From Squalus acanthias (lineage: Eukaryota), in contig CM059438.1 in the NCBI GenBank assembly GCA_030390025.1, forward strand, positions 67,148,001 through 67,212,000: a stretch of DNA of 64,000 nt. The letters are read 5' to 3'. Positions within the stretch are counted from its first letter, which is position 1; every line of letters begins with the position of its first letter. The notes beneath the pieces were generated by a model, which ran no database searches, was not told where the DNA came from, and saw nothing but the letters and a program-made list of their open reading frames with translations. A program made the position numbers and the translations under genes. Positions 39,907-51,339 of this stretch are shown in pieces.

Positions 39907-40682
39907 TAAGTTCCTAATCCTCCCCTTCTTTGAATCAGATCTCTGTTCTTGCCACTATATCATTGTCCCATGTGGTAACTTGTGCCTGCAGCTCATCGAT
40001 CTTGTTTACCAGGCTAAGTGCATTTATGTATATGCCCTCCAAACCCATCTTAGACTGCTTCACATTTGCCCCCTGTCTGGTCCCTCCTATTTCTGAACTA
40101 TTCTTTGTTCTAGTCCCAGTCCGCTGTGCACCTTGTTTCTCCTCTCTAATGTTTCATCCTGATGCCTAGCCCCCTGCCAAATTAGTTTAAACCCTCTGCC
40201 ACAACACTAGTTAACCTTCCCGCGTGGACATTGGTCCCAGTTCTGTTGAGGTGCCACCCATCCACCTTGAACAGGTCCTTCCTGCCCCAGAACTGGTCCC
40301 AATGTCCCAGGAACCTGAAGCCCTCCCTCCTGCACCATTTCTCCAGCCACGTGTTAACCTCTTTTATCCTACTAATCCTATAATCACTAGCATGTGGCAC
40401 TAGGAGTAATCCAGGTAGCTCTACCTTTTGAGGTCCTGCTTTTTAACATCCTCACTCGCTCCTAATACTCTGACTGCAGGACCTCAACCCTTTTCCTTCA
40501 TATGTTATTGATTTCCCATGTACCACGACTTCCGTCTGTTCCACTTTTCCCCCGTCAAAATTTTCTGCACCCTCTCAGTGATGTCCTTTACCCTGGCAAC
40601 GGGGAAGCAACACACCATGTGGAACTCATGTCGGCAGTTGCAGAACCGCCTGTCTATCCCCCTATCGAATCCCCTATGACCA

Positions 40683-41355
40683 TGCAGGTACAGCAAGCAA
40701 TAAGGAAGGCAAATTGCATGTTGGCCTTTATTGCAAGGGGGTTGGCGTATAAGAGTAAGGAAGTCTTGCTACAATTGTACAGGGCCTTGGTGAGACCACA
40801 CCTGGAGTACTGTGCACAGTTCTGGTCTCCTTATCTAAGGAAGGATATACTTGCCTTGGAGGCGGTGCAACAAAGGTTCACTAGATTGATTCCTGGATGA
40901 GAGGGCTGTCCTATGATGAGAGATTGTGTAGAATGAGCCTATACTCTCTGGAGTTCAGAAGAATGAGAGGTGATCTCATTGAAACATACAAGATTCTAAA
41001 GGGGATTGACAGGGTAGATGCTGAGAGGTTGTTTCCCTTGGCTGGAGTGTTTTGAACTAGGAGGCAAAGTCTCAGGATAAGGGGTAGGCCATTTAAGACT
41101 GAGATGAGGAGGAATTTCTTCACTCAGAGGGTTGTGAATCTTTGGAATTCTCTGCCCCAGAGGGCTGTGAATGCTGAGTCTTTGAGTATATTCAAGGCTG
41201 AGATAGATAGATTTTTGGACTCTAGGGGAATCAAGGGATATGGAGATCGGGCGGGAAAGTGGAGTTGAGGTCGATGATCAGCCATGATCTCATTGAATGG
41301 CGGAGCAGGCTCGAGGGGCCGTGTGGCCTATTCCTGCTCTTACTTCTTATGTTCG
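40683..41355 (+). mobile_element. 5'-truncated CR1 inserted into CR1 ORF1
   Basis: MQVQQAIRKAN..LVRPHLEYC; tail cttcttatgttcg; 8-bp duplication tatgacca at 40675-40682 and 41356-41363. Confidence 0.9.
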
Positions 41356-41452
41356 TATGACCACTGCATTTCTACACTTTGCTGTGCCTCCCTGTGCAGA
41401 CATTTGCCCCATAGTGTCATGGATGTGCTCTAGACTGCACTTCCCAAGGTGG

Positions 41453-41613
41453 CAATGTTCCCGCTAAGGTGTGCAGATGCACAACTGTCTGCCGGTCGTG
41501 CGCAGCCTGGGACTGGCTTTTTAAATGTGAAAGTACGCGCGTGAGCGAAACTGAATGGCCTGCACAGCCTGTTAAAGGGCCCGCGCACCCAAAAATAATC
41601 AGGGGGAACGTTG
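41453..41613. mobile_element. Short hAT-like MITE
   Basis: TIRs caatgttccc / gggaacgttg interrupt CR1 ORF1. No clean 8-bp TSD. Confidence 0.6.
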
Positions 41614-42489
41614 CTCATTGGGATTCAGCACTGAAAAACCAGTTTGAGAGTACCACATTCCCAGAGGATTCCTGCACTGCCTGCCTCTTACTACCCTGCT
41701 GGATGGCCACCCACTTACTATTCTTCTGAACTCTCTGTAGCTGCGTGATGACCATTTCATGGAACGTGCGCTCCAGGAAATTCTCAGCCTCCCATATTCC
41801 CTGCCGTGACTGCAGCTGCTGCTCAAACTCAGAAATCTTGAGCTCGAGTTTGAGCAACTGGAGGCACTTCCTACACACATGGTTATCCAGGACACACGAA
41901 GCATCCTGGAGATCCCACTTGGCACAGGAATTGCAGACAACGGGTCTCAGCTGTCCCATTATTTTGCTTAAAAAGTCCCTTTAGATCTAATTAATTACTC
42001 TGATTATTTATATATTTACTTTCGCCCCTTGGTTTAAATGATTTTGCACTTCCTTCCCCATCTGCACCGAATTCCCACTCTCACCGAATTCCCATTGCCA
42101 CTAGGTATAGCAAGCCACTCTGTTTACCAGATACTCTCAGCTCTGTCTGCATTTTAGAACAATTTTAAATCAAACCAAACAATGTCCAATTGGCAATACA
42201 GCAAATTGACAGACGTGACATAGCTATTCTTTTACTTGCAAGAAAGACTCCTTATAGCTTGGCTCCTGCCCTCCTCAGTTATTGTTTTCTACATTCTTGA
42301 AATTTCAACATAAAAATAAATAGTGTCATAGGTGAGATATTCTATAAACTTGTAACTCTATCTATTGATTTTTTTTTGTTGCTATTCTCAAGCTGCGCAC
42401 CAACAATGAGTAGTTTTCTAAATCTGATATGTCAATTTTTCATCATTGCAAAATTTCAAAATCTGTATGAACAATAATGATTACTAAGA

Positions 42490-42680
42490 CTGGTAGGAAC
42501 AGGAGGTGGCCATTCAGCCCCTCGAGCCTGCTTCGCTAATCAATTAGATCAGGGCTGATCTGTACCTCAACTCCTTTTACCCGCCTTAGCTCCATATCCC
42601 TTGATACCCTTACCCAACAAAAATCTATCGATCAGTCTTGAAAGCTCCAATTGTCCCAACATGCATAGCTCTTTGGGGGA
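42490..42680 (-). mobile_element. CR1 3' UTR fragment
   Basis: ggaacaggaggtggccattcagcccctcgagcctgc; a similar piece lies at 58415-58600. Confidence 0.75.
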
Positions 42681-42879
42681 AAGATTTGTTATTGCTCAGA
42701 TCTGCTCAGAAACCAGCAATTTCACTGATTCTGGGACTTTTTATGCAAAATTGCGATGCTCCGACAGCACATCACACTACACACAAGTGGGGGAATTTAT
42801 GGAATCTGTCGTGGGATGCCAAAATCACCTTCCACGACTGTAGCCCCACTTCACTTCACAGATTAAAGGAATATAATTC

Positions 42880-43680
42880 ACAGGAGAATAGAGACAAATA
42901 CGGTGTGCAATTAAGGGAAACCAAAGCAGCTTTCAGAGGAGCTAAGAGATTAATGGAGAGGAATATAATAGCACTTGCGGTAGCAATGATAAAAGCTTAT
43001 TTAGCTACGTTAGGAGTCAGAGCACTATTAAGGATTGTAAAGGGCCATTGAAAGACAACTGAGAACAGATTCAAATGGACACCCAAGGTATGGCAGTGGT
43101 ATTAAATGAGTACTTCACGTCAGTGTTCACTTCTGTGAACGATGCTCAACAACCAGCTATGGGCGGCACAGTAGATAGGAAAATTGTAAACATGAAAATA
43201 GCTGAGGGTATCCTATAAAACAGAATAAGGAACCTTAAATTAGACCAGGCTGCAAAGTCCAGATGACATCCACCCCAGGGTGAGTAAAGGGATGATACAT
43301 GTGCTTTGCAAGGCCCGTGCCTGTAACTTTAACACCTCATCGCAGTCTAGGATTCTTCACTTGGATTGGAAGGATACTCATGTAGTTCTGATTTACAAAA
43401 AAGTGTGACAAATAAGATCCAGGGAACTATATGGCCATTAGTCTGATGTCAGTTACAAGGAAGATGCTTGAAGGGATCATAAACGATGTTCTTTATGATT
43501 GCCTGGATAGACAAGGAGTCATCAGAGACACTTAACACGGCTTCGGGAAAAAAAAGGTTGTGTCTTACTAATTTGCTAGAATCCTTTGAAGAAGTTACTA
43601 AAAGAGTGGATGAGGATATCCCAGTAGACATTGTCTACTTCGATTTTCAGAAGGCCTTTAATCAGGTACCTCACAATAAG
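42880..43680 (+). mobile_element. Old CR1 ORF2 fragment
   Basis: CLTNLLESFEEVT..VYFDFQKAFNQVPHNK. Probably continues at 51340. Confidence 0.8.
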
Positions 43681-43978
43681 TGAGGCCAGAATTTTCATTA
43701 CCTGGTCAGGTCGGGTGCGGGCGGTCAGCATGGTGACTCGCAACCCCGTTCTTCTTTTCATCCCGCTCCTCAGAGCGACTTTCCCTTAATGGTGCCTATT
43801 AAGGCAGGCCTGCGCGTTATCCGGCCCTATTAAAATGTGCGGGTCTGAAGATGTCATCAATGACTCATTTCCAGCCGGGATATTTAAATGGAGCCTCAGC
43901 CACATTGCATTTGAAGGTTCATCTAGGAGTGTGTAGGCAGGACATATCACCATCTGGTTATTACTCAGCCTTGCAGGG

Positions 43979-46228
43979 ATGGCGTCACACAGACAGAGGG
44001 CTGCACCCAGGTTCTCAGATGACTCCCTACATATTCTTGTGCAGGGAGTCAGAGCACGCAGGGAGGTCCACTTCCCTGCTGATGGGCGGAAGAGACCTCC
44101 CCAGGAGACCGAAAGAGCCTGGCTGCAAATTGCAGAGGAGATCAACAGCAGGGATGTGGTGAGGAGCACCTGGGTGCAGAGCTTCTAAAGATGTAACCTA
44201 CACATTCCTTACACTCATGCCATCACTCTCGCTCAAACATCTCTTCTTTCCCTCCTTGCAGAAGAGAGCCCACAATAAGAGGGAGAGGGAGAGAACCGGA
44301 GGTGGCCCTCCATCATTGGCCACATTGGCAGCAGCAGAGGAGGTGGCCCTGGAGGTCTCAGGAGTTGCGGAGCAGCTGGCGGTGGGAGATGGAGAGAGGG
44401 GGAAATCTCAGCAACCTGGTGACAGAATTACATCTCATACAGCCACATGGCATAGAGCAGTCACTCATATGGGGACTGATGTCAGCAGCCAGTGAATTCT
44501 TGATATGACATTTCTAAATCATCTCTTCACTCTCCCACAGGTCCGTCAAGAGCCCCCCGACTCGCCACTGTCCAGGAGGAAGAGCAAGACGACTCCTCAG
44601 AGGAGCCTCCAGCCTCTGAGGGCGCAGCGTCGGCAAACATAAGCGCACCCAGCACCAGCGCTGATTCGCACACCTGGGTAGAGTAGTGTTGTCACCTGGT
44701 GTCTCACAAGTCACAAGTGAGCAAGGAGAGATGGTGGAGAGAGGGACAGCAGTGTAGACTCCTCGCCGGAGGGCGCAGGATGCTCCCAGCTCTGCTCAGC
44801 TGCAGCAGATGCTCAGCCTCGGGGACCATCCAGAAAGAGGGCGATCCTGGAGGTGCAGCAAGAAGTGAAGGGGGCTCTAACAGGTTTTGCGACCGTGATG
44901 ACTGCAAATATTCAGAGAATGGAGGAGTCCATCTCCAACATGAACACCACCGTGTGGCAGGCGATGGTGACGGTAGGCTCTTCCATGGAAAGGATGGCCA
45001 CCTGCATGGAGCAGCTAATGCACCACTCATGAGCACATGCTAGTGTAAACCTTTCTCTTACTACGGTTCAGACTTCGAGAATTATGAATAAGCGTAACAA
45101 TGACAGACAAGTATGTGATCAATAAAATTGGTCTTTATTCACACTATAGTTCAAAATTCAAGTGTACGTCACAAACAATATGATGGTCTGGCAAATGTAC
45201 ATAAAAGTACCCCTTTTAACAATGTCTAAGCTCTATTTTAGACTTTCATACATACTCCTTTATCTCTGGGTGACCGGTCCAGGGAGAGTTTTAAGTTGAA
45301 ACATAGATTGGCCAGCTTCCTCTCTTCGTCTGTTCTTCCATTCCATCTTCTTTGTCCCTTCTGTGTTCTGAATTTCCCGCCCCTGGGTCACTTCTGTTAT
45401 AGGGCCTTTCTGCCGGCCCCACTTGTCACTGTCTGCCTCCCTCTGATAGGTCAGTTTCACTCTAAACCTTCCCTGATTGGAGTTCCTCCCGCATGACATG
45501 TTCATGTTCCTGTGAGGTGTACGGGGGCGGGACTTCCTTATCAGTCATGTTCCTCCTTCCTGTCCATGTGGCCTTTCAAACAAAGGACCATATGCTGACC
45601 ACCAGGTAAAAAGGACCCCCTGCTGACTTCCACCATTTTGTGTCTTCACAAACAAAGAACACATGCTGATTTCCTACATATTGTATCCGTCTGTAACCAT
45701 TTCACAATTCATTCTGAACTTCGATCTCCACACGATAGCAGCGGTTTTATTACAATTTTGAGAATCTTACACTAGCTGTGGAGAACAGATGGCAGAGGCT
45801 CATAGACCTCCTCTCTAGGAGGGATGTCAATGTAGTCTTGGGTCCTCATGGCCCCACTGCTGTGCAGCAAGGTTCTCTCCAGCTCCTTGCTAGTAGGGAA
45901 ATGCGGGTGGCCCAGGAGAGGGATGATGGTGAGAGGGGACATGGAAGTGGGGGTTCCTCTCAAAGCGCTCACACTTCTCCCCCATTGCCACCCCCTCACT
46001 CAGAGCCCCAGATGCCTCCTCTGATCACGATGGCCGAGTCTGCCCCTGCACATTCGGAGGAGGAGCAGACTGGCGGGGCCATCAGAGGCTGCAAAACCCA
46101 GAGGATGTCCACCAAAAGTGTCTACACAGTCGCAACAGGGAAGTGAGCAGGCTGCCTCGACCTCTGCTGAAGCCACAGGGGTTGCACCTCATAGAAGCAC
46201 GCGTAAACGAAAAATGACACAGAAGTAG
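43979..46228 (+). pseudogene. Harbinger Myb/SANT-like DNA-binding protein gene, 3 exons, disrupted
   Basis: Exon 1 MASHRQRAAPRFSDDSLHILVQGV..AWLQIAEEINS; exon 2 44262-44418 KRAHNKRERERTGGGPP; exon 3 from ctcccacag|44541, ending ..HRSTRKRKMTQK*. Split by a solo LTR. Confidence 0.85.
45044..45771 (-). mobile_element. Solo LTR (Gypsy/ERV-like, 4-bp TSD)
   Basis: TG..CA ends tgtaaacctttctc / gagaatcttaca, TSD CTAG at 45040-45043 and 45772-45775. AATAAA on the minus strand ~90 bp from the end. Confidence 0.82.
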
Positions 46229-46538
46229 AGGCACAAAGGTAAGCACATAAAGAATTGTTTCTGTTAAGGTTCCGTTACTCTTATGTCACATATAAAACTA
46301 TTTATTTTCATCACTTTGCAGTCATTCCCATTTTTGTCTGCTACTTTGGAAGTGGCTTAGTGAGTTGGAGTGAATGGTCAGACATAACTTTACCTCCAGC
46401 AATGGGGATCAGTGTGAAATGAATGGCTTGGTCATTGTAGGGATTCTTTATGGTGTTGTTGGGTGGGGGGTGTGGGGGGTGGAGGAGTGGGGAAACGTGG
46501 CACAGCATGTGGCAGCCATATGGGTGTAATGCAGGAAG

Positions 46539-46866
46539 TTAAGTAAATCTGGCTATGATGAGGACATCCCTGGCCTCCCGGGCAGCAATTTACTCGGGTG
46601 CTGCTGCCATCTGGACCTTACGTAGCTCCTGCTCCTCCTAATATTCCAACTGATGCTCATCCTCCTCCTCCGAAGAGGCTGTGCGCTCTGTGCCTTGCTC
46701 CTCATGCAGCGTTATTCCTCATTGTTGCGCTATGTTGTACAGGGCGCAGCAGACCACGATGATTCTGGAGTCCCTGGCTGGTGCGTACTGAAGGGCTCTT
46801 CCAGATCTGTCAAGGCATCTGAAGCGCATTTTCAGCATGCTTATTGTTTCCTCTATGACACATCTG
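46539..46866 (-). pseudogene. HARBI1-like Harbinger DDE transposase C-terminal remnant
   Basis: RCVIEETISMLKMRFRCLDRSGRALQYAPARDSRIIVVCCALYNIAQQ*...AAREARDVLIIARFT*, with in-frame stops. Confidence 0.88.
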
Positions 46867-46888
46867 GGGGAGATGTGGCTGTCATTAT

Positions 46889-48112
46889 GGGAGGAATTTT
46901 TTGGGGGATGCGTTTGGTGGCGGGTCGGGTGGGAAACATTTTATTTCTGACAGCCGGTCGGGAACCCGCTGTCATCCCGCCACCACGTTACTTTCCCAGA
47001 TGTCGGGTCTGTCAGGGCTGAACAAACCCAACACACAGTGGCGGGGGAGGCAATTTAATTCATTATAACCTTGTTAACAGGCCATTAACAGAATTTTGAG
47101 CTAACCTTACCATTTTACAAGGTTGCCCTCGGGGTCCACGCTGCTCTAGGATCACGTCAGGTAAGGAGGTCGGGAGTTGTATGACCATGGGATCATCTCA
47201 TTACTTGAGAGCTACAAATGTGCTATAAAAGCTCCCATCTCAGAGCTTTTCACTTTCCAAGCTCAGAAGCTGTTGCTTACTGCATTTGGAAGACAGATTG
47301 AGCTTTATGCATGTTGCAAGTGTTTGGAATAAACTCTCTATCAGTGTCACCTCATTGGAACAACCTCTCTCACCATTGACAGATCGCTTCTGTCATCTCA
47401 AGTTCACCTGCCATCTATTACATCAGCATCGGTGCCCTTGAAACGATCTCATCTTGGTCCTCAGAATCCTACCACGATCAGCCCCAACATCAGTAGCACC
47501 AGGCACACCAGCAGCACCAACAACAACACCAACCTTCTCCACAATCAATTGATGCTGCACAGGACACAGGGCATCAGCACCCAACCACATTGCTGCCCGG
47601 GATGCCAGGGATGGCCTCACCATGGCCAGATTTACTTCACTTGACGCTGTACACCCTGGCTGCCACGTAATGTGCCAGGTTGGCACAACCCCACACCAAC
47701 ACCATAAAGCATCCCTACAATGTCCAAGCCATTCCTTTCACACTCATAACCATTGTGGGGGGTATCATTATGTCTCACCATTCACTGCAACTCACTAAGC
47801 CACTTCCAAAGGTGCACACAAATCTGTCCAAGAATGCAAAGTGTTGAAAATAAAGGTTTAAATGTTTGATAGCACATTAACAGAAACATCCCATGAACAT
47901 TGGCTAAAACATCCAAGTGCCTACCCTTGTATGTTGTTAGTTGGTATGATTGGACCAGGCTGAGTGTGAGTGTGAGGGGTGGCTAGTGAGATGGGGAAGT
48001 GATAATGTAGATAGAGAGGGATGGGTGGAGGTGCAAGGTAAGTTGGTGTGAGTAAGGATGTGCAGGAGTAGGGTAGGGAAGGCAGAGTGATGGGGATGTG
48101 ATGAAAGGCACA
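46889..48112 (-). mobile_element. Family C Harbinger copy, truncated
   Basis: Begins gggaggaatttt and is the inverted homolog of 39906 back to ~38680. Confidence 0.88.
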
Positions 48113-48333
48113 GCCACAGAATATCTCTACAATGAACTGTGCATTCCTTGCACTATCACCACCATTGCTGGACATAAAAGGTGCCCTTACCCTTCACTGT
48201 GCCACTTCAAATTGTGAGCACACATATGGCAACAAATTCAAACATTCACAAAACATTACTTTATTACAACAAAATGAAGAACAGAAACTTCACATTCATT
48301 TAGAGCAAAACACCCAAGTGACTACCCTTGTGA

Positions 48334-50962
48334 CTATTTATGTGGGAGCTTTCTTTTACGCATGCTTCTACTAAGTGCTACCCCTGTGGTTTCAGTAGAT
48401 GTAGAGGCAGCCTGCTCACTTCCCTGCTGCGCCTGTTTAGATGCCTTTGGTGGTTGTCCTCTGGGTTTTGGTGCATGTGAGGGCCCCGCCAAAGTCTGCT
48501 CCTCCTGCGGTTGTGAAGGGGCAGACTCGGCCATCACTGTTCGGGGAGGCATCTGGGGCTCTGACCAAGGGGTTGGCAAGGCGGGGGAGGTTTGAGCGCT
48601 TGGAGATGAGCCCCCACTTCCATGTCCCCTCCCATCATCATCCCTCTCATGGGCCACCCGCACTTCTCTGCTAGCAAGTAGCTGGAGAGCACCTTACTGC
48701 ACATCAGTGAAGCCATGAGGACCCATGTTTATACAGTCATTCCTCATAACAAGGACGTCCAAGAACATTTGGTTTCTCTCCTGAATTGATGCCCATCTAT
48801 CCTCCATAGATGATCATCTATTTAGAAGTGTTACCATGTTCTCCTGAGTCTGGCGATTTATGTCCTCCATGGAGGTGGCCATCCTTTCCATGGCAGAACC
48901 TACAGTTGCCAGTGCGTGCGCCATGGCATTGCTCATATTTGAGATGGACTCCTCCATTCTCTGCACACTCACAGTCACCATGGTTGCTAACCCAGTCAGA
49001 GCCTCCTGCACTTGTTCCTGAAGCTCCAGGACTGCTCTCTTCCTGGATGGCCCCCGAGGCTCAGCATCTACATGCAGCTGAGCAGAGCTGGGAGAGTCCT
49101 GCGGCCTCCGACGAGGAGTCTCCACTGCTGTCCCTGTCTCCACCATCTGCTCTTGCTCACTTGTGATTTGTGATACACCAGGTGACAACACTACTCTATC
49201 TTGCATAGGACCCACCGAGGTGTGCGTCTCTGCGCTGGTGCTGAGTGCGCTCATTTCTGCTGACGCTGCTCTGAGGAGTCCTCCTGCTCTTCCTCCTGGA
49301 CAGTGGGGAGGGGGGCTCTTGATGGTCCTGTGGGAGTGTAAAGACATGAGTTAGACATGTGGGCCCAGAAATTTGACTCGGAGGCTTGCCGCGGGGGTAA
49401 GGATCTTGCGCGATATCACACTCCGCGCCGGCCGTTGTGTTTCGGGCCCACACGAACTTCAGCTCCTGGGCCTCTCCCTGGTGCCGGCGCGCAGTGTGTG
49501 CGTGTCCCAGAGGCACAGTTAGTTCGATGTGACCTCTGGGATCACGTGGGCTATGGAGAGCCAATGGCAGCACACCATCTTTCATTCATAGATTTGACAG
49601 GAGACCTGTCAAAACTATGAATACAAATTGCCCCCAAAAGAACAGCTAAACCTCAAATAAATTAAAAAAAACATCACATTAATAAAATAACTATAGTTAA
49701 ATAAATTAACCACTTTAAACAAAAATTTAAATTTTTGAATTTTTTTAAATTCTTTTTAAAAGTTATAAAAATAAACTTACCTTTCTTTAAAGTCTCTAAA
49801 AAAGATAAACCTGTTGAAAAATTTTTAAAATAATACTTAATTAACTACTTACCTTGCTAAAAGGGGGTCTTATGCCTCCTTTCTTCATGTGTAGAATCTT
49901 CCATACTTACCTTCGCGTTGAAACCTGAAAAAAAACCTAAGTGTGCTGCGTGCGCACAGCCTCTACCGCGCACGCGGTTCACTTAGGAACCGCCCCCTTC
50001 ACCATACCGGAAGTGCCGGTTTCCCGCGCATGCGCAGTGCATGCAGGAAACCGGCACTTCGGGACTGAATACGCGAGAGTGCACAGTTCGTATTCACCCG
50101 TATTCAGCCGAATTTTTGGGCCACATCTGATATGTAGATTGCAGACATATCCTATTATGAACATGATCAGCATTCAATTTCTATTGACATCAGATCCCAT
50201 ATGGGTCACTCATGAATGTCAATTAAGATGGATGGAAAATAATTCTGTCACCAGGTTGTTCTACTGAGCCCCTCTCGCCATCCCCCACTTCAAGCTGGTC
50301 AACTGTGGGTGAGCTGAGCCAACGATGGTAGTCCTCCTCCTGTTCTCTCCCTCGCCCTCTTATTGTGGGCTCTCTTTTCCTGCAATGAGGGACAGAAGTG
50401 TAGTTTTAGTGAGAGTAATGGAATGATTGTAAAGAATGGATAGGATAGATGTTTAGAGGGAGACTATGATGGAGCAGGGTGCCAATACCAAGTTGCCTCC
50501 TTCTGAGTTCTTAGTTGTTGTCATTGCATAACGTTGAGGGTGAGTGTAAGGGGTGCATAGTAAGATGAGGATGTGATTCTGTACATAGGGAGCGAGGGAT
50601 GGGTGATGGTGCAAGGGATGTTGGGGTGAGTTAGGATGTGCAGGAGTAGGGTTGGCAATGCAGAGTGATGGGATGTGATAACAGGCACAGCAGAATGAAG
50701 GTAAGTGTGCTTTTATACTCACTTTTCCTGAACACAGGAGATCATTGAACCTCTTTCGACATTGGACCCAGGTGCGAGTAAGCACACACCTTGCATTTAC
50801 CTCCTCAACTATTTGCAGCCAGGCTGCCTTTGTCTGCTGAGGAGGTTTCCTCCTTCCATCTCTAGGGAATAGATCCTCCCTGCGTCCTCTGACTCCCTCC
50901 ACAAGAACATGGAGGGAGTCATCGTTGAAGCGTGGAGCAGCCTTTGGTCTCTCTGCAGTCAT
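48334..50962 (-). pseudogene. Harbinger Myb/SANT-like gene, 3 exons (50962-50723, 50379-50252, 49327-48334), disrupted
   Basis: MTAERPKAAPRFNDDSLHVLVEGV..AWLQIVEEVN..QCRKRFNDLL|gtgagt; ttgcag|EKRAHNKRARERTGGG; ends RSMRKRKLPHK*. There is a stop in exon 2. Confidence 0.88.
49362..50122 (+). mobile_element. Harbinger-type MITE family A, copy 4 (in intron 2 of the Myb gene)
   Basis: TIRs ggcccagaaatt / aatttttgggcc and the family A body. The TSD is unclear. Confidence 0.9.
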
Positions 50963-51232
50963 TTCTCAAAGAAGCAGCACTCAGGAGCATCCAATCAGAA
51001 TGGAGAGCAAATGGGGACATGGCCCCCCTCAGTAGTCCAGCAACGAACGCGTCATCAGAGGACCTCAACAGACCCACACCCTGTAATTGGGCTGGGGAAC
51101 ACGCACAGCGGGCTTAACAAGCCCAATCAGCGCAAAATTATTTACACAGAGCGGCTGGAGCCGGGAGCGGGACCGGAACCCGCCAACCAGCTCTCCCACT
51201 GCGAACCCGCCTCCGCTGGGAAAATCCAGCCC

Positions 51233-51333
51233 AAAGTATTTGTCTAATTTCTCTGCCATTACCTTATACCTCATTATAATTTCTCCTGTCTCAGTCTGTA
51301 AGAGACCCACGTTTACTTTTGCTAATTTTTTCA
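51233..51333 (-). mobile_element. CR1 ORF2 fragment
   Basis: KLAKVNVGLLQTETGEIIMRYKVMAEKLDKYF, equivalent to 675-773. Confidence 0.85.
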
Positions 51334-51339
51334 TTTATG

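Larger units (their letters stand above)
40180..41959 (-). pseudogene. CR1 ORF1: Cys zinc-finger/leucine zipper plus SGNH esterase, interrupted
   Basis: CNSC..HVCRKCLQLLKLELKISEFEQQL; CCFPVARVKDITERV; VNTWLEKWCRREGFRFLGHW..DGWHLNRTG. Confidence 0.85.
32550..42060 (-). mobile_element. Near full-length CR1 LINE (ORF1 + ORF2), decayed, with four nested insertions
   Basis: Colinear on the minus strand: ORF1 (41959-40180), endonuclease (VIMGHFNYP..LDLVL..SDHN, 37897-37619), RT (YADDTKL, 33574-33365; 33127-32735) and 3' tail near 32560. Confidence 0.88.
43683..46888 (+). mobile_element. Decayed autonomous-type Harbinger (Myb gene + convergent transposase), right end lost
   Basis: Left TIR aggccagaattttc; Myb gene on the + strand and a transposase remnant on the - strand, tail to tail. 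Confidence 0.88.
48200..51232 (-). mobile_element. Harbinger element, Myb half
   Basis: TIR gaaaatccagccc ends at 51232, followed by AAA. The other end was not found. Confidence 0.85.

Noticed and set aside
48334..50962. Domesticated host Myb gene (MSANTD/NAIF1/MYPOP-like) or host HARBI1
   Set aside because: It lies inside a TIR-bounded element, has multiple decayed paralogs in the window, and contains stops.
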